Positions 49,210 through 59,658 of a DNA stretch of 64,000 nt are shown in pieces. The stretch spans positions 99,775 to 163,774 of the forward strand of contig NZ_JBDVFA010000098.1 of the NCBI RefSeq assembly GCF_039941195.1. The letters run 5' to 3'. How positions within the stretch are numbered: the first letter of the stretch is position 1; every line of letters begins with the position of its first letter. The translations under genes were made by a program, and so were the position numbers. The DNA is from Aurantibacter sp. (GTDB taxonomy: Bacteria > Bacteroidota > Bacteroidia > Flavobacteriales > Flavobacteriaceae). The notes under the pieces were generated by a model that ran no database searches, was not told the origin of the DNA, and saw only the letters and a list, made by a program, of their open reading frames with translations.

Positions 49210-50613
49210 TCACTTAGGGTCTGCAAAATCCTTTTTAAGTCTCATTGGAGTATCAGGCACTTTATTAATTAAAGTCTTTTTACCATTCTTTTTCACAATT
49301 TCAAAAGCATCGTAGAGGGTTCCGATAGGAGTATAAGCCCCGTAACTTATAGTATCTTCTGACACTGTTATAATTTGAAAAAGCTGTGTATACTCACCTC
49401 TTCGCACCATCCATTCTTGGTCTTGCGATTCATACATTTTTGGCCCACTAACAGAAACTGCATAAACTGTTCCTGCATCTTCTACCACAGTTAAACCCTT
49501 GCCTTCATTTTCAGGAAATCCTCTAGCATAGGTATGATCATGCCCTTGCAATACCAAATCCACTTCATATTTGTCTATCAACGGTTTTATGGCTTCTCTT
49601 AACTCCCAATTATCTCTACCTTCTTTTGTGGAGTAGACAGGATAATGCGTAGTTATTGTTATCCATTTTTTCGTGTTTGATTGTAAAACTGAATCGAGCC
49701 ATTTTACTTGAGCAGTTCGCGCATCCATACTTTCATCAAAACCTTCACTATCTATAGATATCAATTTCATATCTTGATAATCAATTGCGAAACAAGTTTC
49801 TTTCAATGCTTCACTAGGTCCGTTTTCTGGTAAAGTAAAGCTAGGCCTCCATAAAGAAGTTAGTACTCCGTCTCTATATTCATGATTACCAGGTGTCATT
49901 ACACTTGGCACTGTCGCATGAATAAAACTACCAGCATGAAACCATTCTCCCCATTCCAAATTCGCATCTCTATCATTAATTAAATCGCCTGCATGTAACA
50001 TAAAATCTACCTGAGGAAATTGGCGATATGAGTTTCTAATTACTCGTGACCATAACGATTTCACATTATTTTGAGCATCACCAAAATAGATAAAACTAAA
50101 AGGTTCTTTACCTCCTATACGAGCAGTTGTTATTTGAAACCACTCGCTCCAATAGCCATTATCTTTTTCACCATTCCCAACGCGATATATATATGTAGTA
50201 TTTGGCTTCAAATTTTTAATTAATGCGGAGTGATATGTAGCCTTTACAAGGGGTTCATTTCTATTCTGATTTTCAAATTTCTGAGAGATAGCTGTTACCT
50301 TTTTAACATCACGTAATAAAAATTCAGGACCATCAGTTGCTAACGCTACTTCTACAATTCCTTTTTTTACCTGCTGATCCGTTCGCCAATTCACTGCAAA
50401 AGTATGCGCAGGATTTTCGGTAAGGTTTGATATTATACGGTCTGGTGTATTGGATGGAAATATTAATTTATGCGCAGGTATCGAATCATGCGTTGTATAA
50501 TGTGAATGGCTATGTTCTACTCCATTTTGATGTTTATGTTGTGCTTGGATATTTATGCTTAACATAAACATCATTGAAAAAACTGTAAGACTATTTGTTA
50601 TCCTCATCATCAA
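49210..50613 (-). CDS. Secreted purple acid phosphatase-family metallophosphoesterase
   Basis: Signal peptide (IQA/QH) followed by a His-rich segment; FGDAQN, HAGDLIN, PGNHE, TTHYP, LQGHDHTY. Confidence 0.9.
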   Translation of the reverse strand: MMMRITNSLTVFSMMFMLSINIQAQHKHQNGVEHSHSHYTTHDSIPAHKLIFPSNTPDRIISNLTENPAHTFAVNWRTDQQVKKGIVEVALATDGPEFLLRDVKKVTAISQKFENQNRNEPLVKATYHSALIKNLKPNTTYIYRVGNGEKDNGYWSEWFQITTARIGGKEPFSFIYFGDAQNNVKSLWSRVIRNSYRQFPQVDFMLHAGDLINDRDANLEWGEWFHAGSFIHATVPSVMTPGNHEYRDGVLTSLWRPSFTLPENGPSEALKETCFAIDYQDMKLISIDSEGFDESMDARTAQVKWLDSVLQSNTKKWITITTHYPVYSTKEGRDNWELREAIKPLIDKYEVDLVLQGHDHTYARGFPENEGKGLTVVEDAGTVYAVSVSGPKMYESQDQEWMVRRGEYTQLFQIITVSEDTISYGAYTPIGTLYDAFEIVKKNGKKTLINKVPDTPMRLKKDFADPK

Positions 50614-50626
50614 ATTATTTACTATT

Positions 50627-50657
50627 CAAATCTATTTTAGATCTTATCGAAAACCAA
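50627..50657 (-). promoter_or_regulatory. Bacteroidota-type promoter for the PAP gene
   Basis: Minus strand TTG (50657-50655), 20-nt spacer, then TAGATTTG (50634-50627). Confidence 0.55.
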
Positions 50658-50698
50658 TATTCACATATCAAGCTATCGTTAAAAGTACTTTCCTATTA

Positions 50699-51691
50699 TT
50701 AAATTTTTACTCGATTTCCCACGGCATTACTTTCATGTAATTTCTCAATTACAATCATATTATTTATTGCATCAATTAAATTGACGGGTGCTTCCCTATT
50801 TTGAATAATAGCATTTGAAAAAGCATCCGCTTGTAATGTATATTGATCACATATATCGAATTGAATTTCCTTTGTTATTTCATCTTTCGTCAACCAAATT
50901 TTAGATTTAGTATCAATAGGAGGGTTAAATGGAAGCTCAAATTTGATACTTCCCTTTGTTCCGAATATTTGGGCTTGTTGTGTATAGTCCAATTGCGTGG
51001 CACAGAAAAAAGAAGAACTACCATTTTCGAATTCAAGAATTCCATTTGCCAAAATATCTACTTCATATTCTGGATGATATTCAATGGAAGCCAAAACGCT
51101 TTTAGGTTCTGCATTAAATAATAATCTTGAAATTGAAATAGAATAACAACCAATATCCATTAAGCTCCCTCCTCCAAAAGATTTATTATTGGTAATACTT
51201 TGGGCATCATCATCAAAAAAAGAAAATGAGGATTGTATTGTTTTTAAAACACCTATTTCTCCACTATCAACTAATTGCTTTACTTTAATCCATTGCGGAT
51301 GAAACTTATACATAAAAGCCTCAGCAATTTTTAAGTTTGGGTGTTTTTTAGCTTCATCTAATAAGCTTATGGCAGAAGCGCTACCTAATGCTATAGGTTT
51401 TTCAACAAGCACATGCTTACCGGCTAGCAAAGCTTTTTTAGCCCATTCTACATGCAAATGATTTGGTAATGGAATATAAACTGCTTCAATTTCTGAATCA
51501 TTTAATAGTTCTTGGTAATCATCGTAAAACTTTGAGATTCCAAATTCAACTGCAGTTTCTTCCGCTTTTTTTTTATTCCTAGAAGCAATTGCTAAAACAT
51601 TACAGTATTTACTATTTAGCATAGCTGGAATTACTTGTTCTCTAGCAATTGTAGCAGTACTTAATATACCCCATTGAATTTTACTATTCAT
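50699..51691 (-). CDS. Gfo/Idh/MocA family oxidoreductase
   Basis: WGILSTA, YIPLPNHLH, HVLVEKP, EAFMYKFHP, GGGSLMDIGCY. Confidence 0.93.
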   Translation of the reverse strand: MNSKIQWGILSTATIAREQVIPAMLNSKYCNVLAIASRNKKKAEETAVEFGISKFYDDYQELLNDSEIEAVYIPLPNHLHVEWAKKALLAGKHVLVEKPIALGSASAISLLDEAKKHPNLKIAEAFMYKFHPQWIKVKQLVDSGEIGVLKTIQSSFSFFDDDAQSITNNKSFGGGSLMDIGCYSISISRLLFNAEPKSVLASIEYHPEYEVDILANGILEFENGSSSFFCATQLDYTQQAQIFGTKGSIKFELPFNPPIDTKSKIWLTKDEITKEIQFDICDQYTLQADAFSNAIIQNREAPVNLIDAINNMIVIEKLHESNAVGNRVKI

Positions 51692-51706
51692 CGAACGAAA
51701 ACTTTT

Positions 51707-53191
51707 TTAGGTTCTATTTTTTTGTTTGTTTATAAAAACAAATACAAAAGCAAGAGATAATAACCCCGCAGTTGCTACAGCACCCACAATAATAGGATCC
51801 AATGTACACTCTAACCAAGCTAATTCAGGTGATAATTCTCTTAAGAAAGTACCCCAAATAATTATTAAAATGCTAAAAATAACCGACACAATACCCTGTG
51901 TTTTAGAGATTTTCACATTGAAAAGTGCCAATAAGAATAGCCCTAAAATTCCACCCCCAAAAATGCCTGAAATTTGCCACCAAATATCAAGAGCGCTTTC
52001 AGCATTTATTAATAATAAAGCGAATGCAATTCCTAGTACACCCCAAATTATCGTGATTAACCGTAAAAATCCAATGCTGCTTTTTTCGGAAGCATCTGGT
52101 TTAAAATATTTTTTAAAATAATCCAAATAGAGTACCGTAGCAGATGAGTTTAATGCAGAATCTACCGTGCTCATTGAAGCTGCAAGTATAGCTGCAATTA
52201 TTAATCCTTTAAGACCCGTTGGAAGTTCGGTTGCAATAAAAAATGGAAATACCTCATCACCTTTAACTATTGCGGGGTCCAATACGTGCGCCGAACCAGA
52301 ATAAAAAGCGAACATTGCAGTGCCGATATAAAGGAAGATTGCCGTTAGCGGTAAATATATAAGCATGGCAATCCACACCGATTTTTTAGCCTTCTTTTCG
52401 GTAGCTACCGCGCTATACTTTTGTGTATAATTTTGATCAGCCATTAGGTTTCTAATATTTTCAGTTACCCCATAAATAATCATCACCCAAATGGTTCTAC
52501 TGCTTAATGAAAAGGAAGAGTCTCCCAAGCTAAATTTGTTTTCATCAAAAGCTTTTTGGATTAAAAATTCTGGATCGGCAAATACTTCTGTCGTTAGGAT
52601 ATAAGCGCTAAAAAGAAGTCCGCCAATCATAATTATCGACTGCATAACATCTGTCCAAATTACAGCTTCCATACCTCCCATTAAAGTATAGGCAATGGTC
52701 ATTACACCTATTATTAATATTAAAGTACTAATATCAACGGAAACAAAAGAAGTAAGTAAGAGTGAAGAAAGATAAAGTATAACAGCAGTTCTACCAATCA
52801 TAAAAAGCACAAACGATAGAGATGCATAAACCCTACCCCAATCGCCTATTTTATCTTCTAAATATTTATATACCGATATTATTTTATGTTTTCTGTAGTG
52901 TGGAATTACGTACTTGGTTACAAACCATGCAACAGGTAAAGCTGTTAGCGCAAAAATTAATGGATGCCAATTTTGATCAAATGCTTTACCAGGAACTGCG
53001 ATATATGAAATACTACTGGTATAGGCGCTCATAACCGCTATTCCTGCTGCCCATGCAGGAATACCACGGCCAGCCACCATAAACTCCTCTGAAGTTTTGG
53101 TTTTCCTTAAAAAATAAATTCCCATTCCGATCATTAACAAACCGTAAATAATCAAAATGGCAATATCTAGTACTTCTAACTGATAGTTCAT
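51707..53191 (-). CDS. Sodium:solute symporter (SSS), probable sugar-acid transporter
   Basis: FMVAGRGIPAW, SSISYIA.PG, GGMEAVIWTD, DQNYTQKY, AASMSTVDSALNS. Confidence 0.92.
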   Translation of the reverse strand: MNYQLEVLDIAILIIYGLLMIGMGIYFLRKTKTSEEFMVAGRGIPAWAAGIAVMSAYTSSISYIAVPGKAFDQNWHPLIFALTALPVAWFVTKYVIPHYRKHKIISVYKYLEDKIGDWGRVYASLSFVLFMIGRTAVILYLSSLLLTSFVSVDISTLILIIGVMTIAYTLMGGMEAVIWTDVMQSIIMIGGLLFSAYILTTEVFADPEFLIQKAFDENKFSLGDSSFSLSSRTIWVMIIYGVTENIRNLMADQNYTQKYSAVATEKKAKKSVWIAMLIYLPLTAIFLYIGTAMFAFYSGSAHVLDPAIVKGDEVFPFFIATELPTGLKGLIIAAILAASMSTVDSALNSSATVLYLDYFKKYFKPDASEKSSIGFLRLITIIWGVLGIAFALLLINAESALDIWWQISGIFGGGILGLFLLALFNVKISKTQGIVSVIFSILIIIWGTFLRELSPELAWLECTLDPIIVGAVATAGLLSLAFVFVFINKQKNRT

Positions 53192-53197
53192 CTATTA

Positions 53198-54115
53198 TTA
53201 AGATTCTGCCATAAATTCTTTTTCAAAATTTTCTATATGACATTTTACTTTTTCTCTTTCTGGTTGTTCAAACCTATGTAATGGCATAGCCATGTGATCT
53301 TCACAAATTCCTTTTATAGACAATGCACATTTAATACCTTTTGTCACTCGTGACGCGGTAGTGCCAACACTATAGATAGTTTCATCTATTTGTGTTACTT
53401 GTCTATGTAACGCAGCTATTTTAAAGTCGTCTTTAGCTACTGAAGCATTATACAGTTCTACAAACAATTTTGGAAATACATTTGCACCACCGGCAACTGC
53501 TCCATCACCACCGTGTTTAATAGTAGCAGGCAAATAACCCTCAGAACCAGCTATTACTAAAAATTCTGGTGAATCTTTAAAAGCGTCAATTAAATTATAT
53601 AAATAATCAAGGTCACCAGAGCTGTCTTTTACACCTAAAGCACCCATTTCCTTACCTTTTTTTATTGTATTTAAAGAAAGGTTCATTTTCGTACAACTGG
53701 GCATATTATATAGCAAAAACGGCAATTCCAATTTCGGTATCAAGGTATTCAAATATTCGTCCATTTCAGCATCGGAAATTGGAAAATAATACGGAGGTGC
53801 AATCACCACAGCATCAGCACCTGAGGCTTTGGAATGTGCTGCTATTTCCACAGAGCCTTCAAAAGAGGTATCCGTAATCCCCACTAAAACAGGCACTCTT
53901 TTATTGATGTACTCGCAAGATTTTGTAATTAAATCCTTGCGAACTTCATTGCTTAAACTAGGACCTTCTCCGTTGGTTCCTAGAATAAAAATACCGTGAA
54001 CTCCACCAGATATTAAATGTTCAATTAAATTCTTTAAACCTTTGTAGTCTAATTTGTAATCCTCCGTAAGAGGAGTAATCATTGGAGGGATAATTCCTCT
54101 CAAATTTAAAGTCAT
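53198..54115 (-). CDS. DHDPS/NAL-family class I aldolase (copy 1)
   Basis: PPMITP, GTNGEG, APPYY, LLYNMP, GVKDSSGD (Schiff-base Lys), GAVAGGAN. Confidence 0.9.
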   Translation of the reverse strand: MTLNLRGIIPPMITPLTEDYKLDYKGLKNLIEHLISGGVHGIFILGTNGEGPSLSNEVRKDLITKSCEYINKRVPVLVGITDTSFEGSVEIAAHSKASGADAVVIAPPYYFPISDAEMDEYLNTLIPKLELPFLLYNMPSCTKMNLSLNTIKKGKEMGALGVKDSSGDLDYLYNLIDAFKDSPEFLVIAGSEGYLPATIKHGGDGAVAGGANVFPKLFVELYNASVAKDDFKIAALHRQVTQIDETIYSVGTTASRVTKGIKCALSIKGICEDHMAMPLHRFEQPEREKVKCHIENFEKEFMAES

Positions 54116-54254
54116 ATCGCTTACTTAATTCAAGCAAAGTAAATTTAATTAGCTCCAATACGCCACTATTATTTTACATAAATCTTATGTTATTTTAACC
54201 TAAAATATCAAAAAAAATTACTATTATTGATAATAAGAGTTAAAATACTTAGAT

Positions 54255-55103
54255 ATGGAATTTGTTTGTGAAAAAATATTTGTGCCCAATAATCATTCTT
54301 TTATATCACGTAAACTACCCCTTTCATCTAACGCAAGAATTCACTCACATAAAAATTTTGAGTTAAATTATATTACCTCTGGTGTGGGAAGAAGGATTGT
54401 TGGTGATAATATATCAGGATTTGAAAAAGGAGACCTCGTACTTTTAGGTCCAAACTTACCTCACTGCTGGGAACTGCTTGATAGTGAAGGAAATGAGGAG
54501 CCAACTTGTATTGTAACTCACTTTTCTGAAAATATTATTGATTCTGATTTCTTTCAAATGCCAGAACTCGAGAAAGTAGTAGACCTTCTTAAGCTATCGA
54601 ATAGAGGTATTCGATTTAAATTAGATGATGATTCTGAAATAAAACATATTCTAGAAAGCATGGCAAATAGTAATGGCCTTGAATATTATATTGGCTTGCT
54701 TAAAATTTTCAATAATTTGATAAAAGTAGAAGACAGAGATAGGTTGTCTAACCCTATCGATCGTTCATCTGTGTTCTCTAAGAATATCGACAAAGTAAAT
54801 AAAGTGTACGAATATGTATTCCAAAATATTCAAGAAGGTATAAAACTAGAAGAAGCCTCAGCTGTGCTAAATATGGCTCCAAGTTCTTTTTGTCGCTTCT
54901 TTAAAAAGAAAACAGGACATACTTTCATGGAATATGTAAAAAATGTACGCGTAGGAATTGCGGCAAAATTATTGGCAGAAACTGACAAACAGATTACACA
55001 GATATGTTTTGAAAGTGGCTATAATAATTTAGCAAATTTCAATCACTATTTTAAAGCCAATATGGGGAAGACGCCTTCGGACTATCGTAAACATTTTAGA
55101 TAA
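54255..55103 (+). CDS. AraC-family transcriptional regulator
   Basis: Cupin N-domain HSHKNFELNYI...GPNLPHCW; C-terminal FCRFFKK...ICFESGYNNLANFNHYFK..GKTPSDYRK. Confidence 0.95.
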   Translation: MEFVCEKIFVPNNHSFISRKLPLSSNARIHSHKNFELNYITSGVGRRIVGDNISGFEKGDLVLLGPNLPHCWELLDSEGNEEPTCIVTHFSENIIDSDFFQMPELEKVVDLLKLSNRGIRFKLDDDSEIKHILESMANSNGLEYYIGLLKIFNNLIKVEDRDRLSNPIDRSSVFSKNIDKVNKVYEYVFQNIQEGIKLEEASAVLNMAPSSFCRFFKKKTGHTFMEYVKNVRVGIAAKLLAETDKQITQICFESGYNNLANFNHYFKANMGKTPSDYRKHFR

Positions 55104-55138
55104 TAAATGATTTATGCTATTTGGCTAAAATAGAATTG

Positions 55139-56416
55139 CTACCCAAACTCAAAACGGTTATGACTACCGTGCAATTCAGCATTATAACTTACTGCAATTA
55201 TAGATAGTATTGCCAGAACCGTAAGTATCGCCAATAAATAAATAAGCCATTTTTTAGTAATTAATTGAACTGTTGTTTTTTGCACATCTTTTATTTCATG
55301 TTTTTTAGCTAAAAAATAGATTAGGATAATATTCAAAATGTACAGGTGATGATTTAATCCTAATTTGCCTGCAAAAAGACCAGTCACAACATAACTCATT
55401 AATGCATAACTACCTAAATAGGTAAAGAAGAATAAGGCTACATCATTTTTCTTATAATTATTATCATTCAATTTCCAAAATAGTACAAGAGCAACTATAA
55501 GCAAAACAATAGCGGCAAAAGCGGTACTTGAAAATGCAACTTGTTCTACGCTTTGGATCTCACCTAAACGTCTTAATATATGTTCATAGGCCAAAGATTC
55601 TCTATAAACGATAAGTGGAATAAAAACGAGTAGCACAAACAAAGCAACCCTATTTACCCAATTCTTTGGTTTCGCATCTTCATCAACCGGCCATTTTGAT
55701 GAAAACACACCATATGCCATTCCAGTACCCCCAAAAAAACCAATGCTGTATTCCATGACATTCCACATATTAAATGGAATTTCAAATACATTACCAGTTA
55801 CATGCAAAAAATTTCCAAAACCAAAACCAAAACCACCTCCAAGTGCCGAAAATATGGCTACCCTAATTGCAGAGTTTCGATTTGTTCGAGCCATATGTAA
55901 AAGCATAGCTAAACCAGCTCCAAAAATAAATGCCCAAGCTTCAGATCGTGGAGGAGTCATTTTAAAACCAATTTGCTCAATCAAAAAGAAATAAGTCAGT
56001 AACCCTCCAGCAACCATTTCCGATACCAAGGCACCCCATGAAACTTTATTGCTTTTTGTTGAATCAATCACTAGCCCCACTAATCCTCCACCGAGCACAC
56101 CAAATAAAGCACCAATTACAAAAAGCATACTAAAGCCATAAAAGACATTAATAAAATTGTCAGCTCTACCATAGCCAACTACTACCCCATAACTTATCAT
56201 ACCTCCTGCTCCCCATCCAATGGCAGATACAAGTGCAAGTATTGGCATTTTAGCATACCAATCCTTTCTATTCGAAACTAAAACTAATGCCAATGCTCCA
56301 ATAGCTCCAGCCCATGCAGCACCCTGCTCATGTCCAAACTGACCTCTTATAGCCCATGCAGTTGCCAAAGCCATACCGACGATTATTAAACTTATGCCTT
56401 GCTTTTTAATATTCAT
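55139..56416 (-). CDS. Uncharacterised polytopic membrane protein
   Basis: About 11-13 Gly/Ala-rich hydrophobic segments; AWAIRGQFGHEQGAAW; MEYSIGFFGG. No family recognised. Confidence 0.75.
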   Translation of the reverse strand: MNIKKQGISLIIVGMALATAWAIRGQFGHEQGAAWAGAIGALALVLVSNRKDWYAKMPILALVSAIGWGAGGMISYGVVVGYGRADNFINVFYGFSMLFVIGALFGVLGGGLVGLVIDSTKSNKVSWGALVSEMVAGGLLTYFFLIEQIGFKMTPPRSEAWAFIFGAGLAMLLHMARTNRNSAIRVAIFSALGGGFGFGFGNFLHVTGNVFEIPFNMWNVMEYSIGFFGGTGMAYGVFSSKWPVDEDAKPKNWVNRVALFVLLVFIPLIVYRESLAYEHILRRLGEIQSVEQVAFSSTAFAAIVLLIVALVLFWKLNDNNYKKNDVALFFFTYLGSYALMSYVVTGLFAGKLGLNHHLYILNIILIYFLAKKHEIKDVQKTTVQLITKKWLIYLLAILTVLAILSIIAVSYNAELHGSHNRFEFG

Positions 56417-56427
56417 TTGTACTCGTT

Positions 56428-58197
56428 TTAGTATTTAATAGTATAATTTCCTTTGCTGTATTTGAGATTGGATACAACACTTATTTTATTAAGGATGTGA
56501 TCATAATTCCATTGCTTCTGATTCAATTCTTGCTGGTCGAGAATTATTTTTTGAGGAACGGTTTCAGAATAAATTTTTAAAATATGACCCACCTTATTTC
56601 CCGAGATATTAATTTTTAATTCTTTACGATTTTTTTGATATGAAATTATCGTTTGCTCTCTCGTAAGCGTATCATAATATATAAATGAATTACTAGTATT
56701 GGGATAAATTAAAACAGTTAAAAAACCATCGGAAGCACGATTTCCAAATCCGGTATAATCGCGTTTTACGGCTAAAGGAATAATGGCTCCTTCTTTTACG
56801 AAAACCGGAAATTCATCTATTGGGAATTCTTTTGTAAAAGTACTTCCCCCATCCATTAATTCTTTATCATCAAAAAAATACCTCCATTGACCTTCAGGTA
56901 AGGAAACCACTCTATTTTTAGTGTCTTTGTAAATAGGGGCAATTAGAAAATCATCACCGAACATATAATGATATTTTCCTTTTTTCAAAGGAGATTGCAA
57001 TCGCCTTCCTCCATCATGAGCAGTAACTACATAATGGTACATATAGGGAACCAATTCTGTATGTAACCAGGAGAACTTTCGAATAATTTCTAATTCTTCT
57101 TGACTTCTTTTCCATAATCTTCGTTCTCCATGTCCGCCATTCAAAAATAATCCACAAAACGTTGAAAATTGAGCCCAACGAATATACAATCGAGGCGGAA
57201 TTGTTTTTCCAGAAAAACCAGCAACATCAGATCCAACAATATTATACCCAAGTTCAGCGCTTTCGAGAATATTCTCAATAGCAGATTCAAAACCTTGAAT
57301 CCCGTCAAGGGCAATATCTACTTTGTCATTCTCCTCAGCTAACATTTCATCTGTAACCCATTTGTGTTCTTGATCACCTACCCAATTTACTGGCGAAGCA
57401 TCAATTGGTGCAAAACCCTCGGGGTGATAACCTCTATCAATAGACCTAGATAAAGTTATAAATTCTGGGTTCTGTGTTAATCCATGTTCATATTCATCTC
57501 GGTAATAGTGATTCATATAAGTTCGTGCTGACATTAGTCCATCTGCAGTATTTTTATAGAAGAATGGAATTCCTAAAACATCGCTCCAAAAAAGAGTAGC
57601 AGTTCCATCAAGTTTCCAACCATCAATACCTAAATCAAAAATATTTTGTTGCATACTCCTCCACCAACGCATCGCCTCCGGATTACTATAATCTATAAAC
57701 CCTCCTTTACCTTTCCACCATGTATTTGCACTTTTAGATTTTGCCAAATATCCCTTTTTCATAGCGTCTTGATACCAAACTGAATCATGTTTAATTCTGG
57801 TATCCTTGCTATAACTATCTACCATTGAGGTCATCCAAAGAACCACACGATAACCTTCATTTTCTAAATTTTTAAACCATTTATCAGGTTTTTTATATAG
57901 CAATGTGTCAACCTCAAAATCGTTATAACGAAGCGACCACGGACTGTCTAATACAATGGTTCGAACAGGAATATCATGAGCCTTATACCCTGCTAATAAT
58001 TCATCTACAATTTCAGAATTATTGACATCATCTTCCCATAACCAACATTCTAATGCCCATGCCGGTGTTAAAGGTGGATTTCCATGTCTTTGTGAATTAA
58101 ACGGCATTCCCCAAATAGGAAGAAACCAATAAAAATATGATACTATAAATAATACACCTATGGACCAGACTAAAACCTTTAAAACCTTCTTTTTCAT
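56428..58197 (-). CDS. GH31-family glycoside hydrolase with N-terminal membrane anchor
   Basis: IVLDSPW, GYRVVLW, GFIDYSNPEAMRWW, DGWKLDG (nucleophile), WVGDQ (acid/base), GSDVAGF, YIRWAQF, YMFGDDFLIAP. Confidence 0.88.
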   Translation of the reverse strand: MKKKVLKVLVWSIGVLFIVSYFYWFLPIWGMPFNSQRHGNPPLTPAWALECWLWEDDVNNSEIVDELLAGYKAHDIPVRTIVLDSPWSLRYNDFEVDTLLYKKPDKWFKNLENEGYRVVLWMTSMVDSYSKDTRIKHDSVWYQDAMKKGYLAKSKSANTWWKGKGGFIDYSNPEAMRWWRSMQQNIFDLGIDGWKLDGTATLFWSDVLGIPFFYKNTADGLMSARTYMNHYYRDEYEHGLTQNPEFITLSRSIDRGYHPEGFAPIDASPVNWVGDQEHKWVTDEMLAEENDKVDIALDGIQGFESAIENILESAELGYNIVGSDVAGFSGKTIPPRLYIRWAQFSTFCGLFLNGGHGERRLWKRSQEELEIIRKFSWLHTELVPYMYHYVVTAHDGGRRLQSPLKKGKYHYMFGDDFLIAPIYKDTKNRVVSLPEGQWRYFFDDKELMDGGSTFTKEFPIDEFPVFVKEGAIIPLAVKRDYTGFGNRASDGFLTVLIYPNTSNSFIYYDTLTREQTIISYQKNRKELKINISGNKVGHILKIYSETVPQKIILDQQELNQKQWNYDHILNKISVVSNLKYSKGNYTIKY

Positions 58198-58202
58198 AAG
58201 AT

Positions 58203-59639
58203 TTACAAGGTGTTTTTTAGTCTGAAAAATCGAAAATATGCTACTATCCCAGAATAGAACAGAAGTATAAGTCCCATTGGCCCAAGCAGTAAACTATATT
58301 CTTTATACACTTTACTATACCCTATTACAGCTTCTCCTTTAAGAAAATAATTAATGGCTAAAACAATCATAAATATGGAACTTATACCTGCCAATATAAA
58401 TAGTCCACTACATTTGATGTTCGAAACTTTTTTTATTCTAGTTATTAAATATTGAAATATTAACAACCAAGCAATCCAAGACACTACTTGCCATATATTT
58501 AAAGTTCTAAAATAATTTACTGCAGTTGCAAAAGGTCTAAAAGCCAAATTAGTTTTAGTATAAAAAGGGCGGTCTTTATATACTAAAATTTTAATGTTTT
58601 CTTGAGTCCCACTTTTTAAAATGGACAAAATTGTTTGTTCTTTTGTGCCAACATCTAAATTACTCCAATTCTCAATTTCAAATGCATTGTATAAAGAACA
58701 AGCCCTACCATAACCATGAAAATCCAGACCTCCAATCATGGTTAATTTATGTTCTTCACAAAAGTTTCTAATTGTTTCAAAAATTTCTCTATCGTAATAT
58801 AGGTCAGTCGCTGTATTTTCAATTTCAAAGCCATCAACGCCTAGCCGTTGATACACCTCTATATCTTTTCCTTTCCCGTCAAACCAATGATTAATAATAA
58901 CAGCTCCACCATATTTATGCACCGAGTCTATTACCGCTTTATCAGTCATCCCTTTGGTTTCAAATGTACCACTCAGTCCAAGTAAACTCATATGGTTACT
59001 ACCTGAAAACTCTTCTCCAACCATTACCAAAGGAGCATCTAACTTTTTAATTTTTTTCTGATTCTTAACAAGCTCTAAAGTTTTCTTATGGTTTGCATGG
59101 TCTGTAATAAAAAAGGCATCAAATCCATTTCTTTTATGCCACTGCATCATTTTCTCTTGTGAAATTAGTCCATCGTGACTGTACTCGGTATGAGCATGTG
59201 TTGTCACTAAAACAGAATTTTTGGAGTTGTTTACAATTGTATTATTTGGCAGAGGGATAAAGAGGATTAAAACAAAAATTGCAAAGCAAATACCCAAAAC
59301 AATAGGCACGTTTACAATTTTATAAATTATAAACTTTTTGCGATTAACGCTATTTCCAAAAAATTTAATCATGCAATAAACCAGGTATGCAATAAGTAGC
59401 CACATTAAGGCATAAGGCAATTCTTCTAATACGTATAATGATCTATTTAAGAATAATATCAGCCCTAAAAAAGGCTCAAAAAAAACACGCCAAAATGCTA
59501 TTTTTACATCAAAATCGGCTTCAGGTAGTAATGTTAAAGCATTTTCAAAATGTATCGGAAAATGAAAAATAGTAGCCAATAAAACGATGGATAAAATCAC
59601 GATTACAACGCCTAGCCTTTGCATTCTAATTTTATCCAT
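58203..59639 (-). CDS. Membrane protein with PHP-family phosphoesterase domain
   Basis: HAHTEYSHDG, FITDH, GEE...HM, INHW, GFEIEN, GLDFHG (complete PHP ligand set), flanked by TM clusters at both ends. Confidence 0.85.
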   Translation of the reverse strand: MDKIRMQRLGVVIVILSIVLLATIFHFPIHFENALTLLPEADFDVKIAFWRVFFEPFLGLILFLNRSLYVLEELPYALMWLLIAYLVYCMIKFFGNSVNRKKFIIYKIVNVPIVLGICFAIFVLILFIPLPNNTIVNNSKNSVLVTTHAHTEYSHDGLISQEKMMQWHKRNGFDAFFITDHANHKKTLELVKNQKKIKKLDAPLVMVGEEFSGSNHMSLLGLSGTFETKGMTDKAVIDSVHKYGGAVIINHWFDGKGKDIEVYQRLGVDGFEIENTATDLYYDREIFETIRNFCEEHKLTMIGGLDFHGYGRACSLYNAFEIENWSNLDVGTKEQTILSILKSGTQENIKILVYKDRPFYTKTNLAFRPFATAVNYFRTLNIWQVVSWIAWLLIFQYLITRIKKVSNIKCSGLFILAGISSIFMIVLAINYFLKGEAVIGYSKVYKEYSLLLGPMGLILLFYSGIVAYFRFFRLKNTL

Positions 59640-59658
59640 CGTTATATATAATTTCGAT

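Noticed and set aside
54171-54212. Possible AraC direct repeats (ATTTTA at 21-nt spacing) between aldolase copy 1 and araC
   Set aside because: The position is plausible, but the match is only six A/T bases in very AT-rich DNA.
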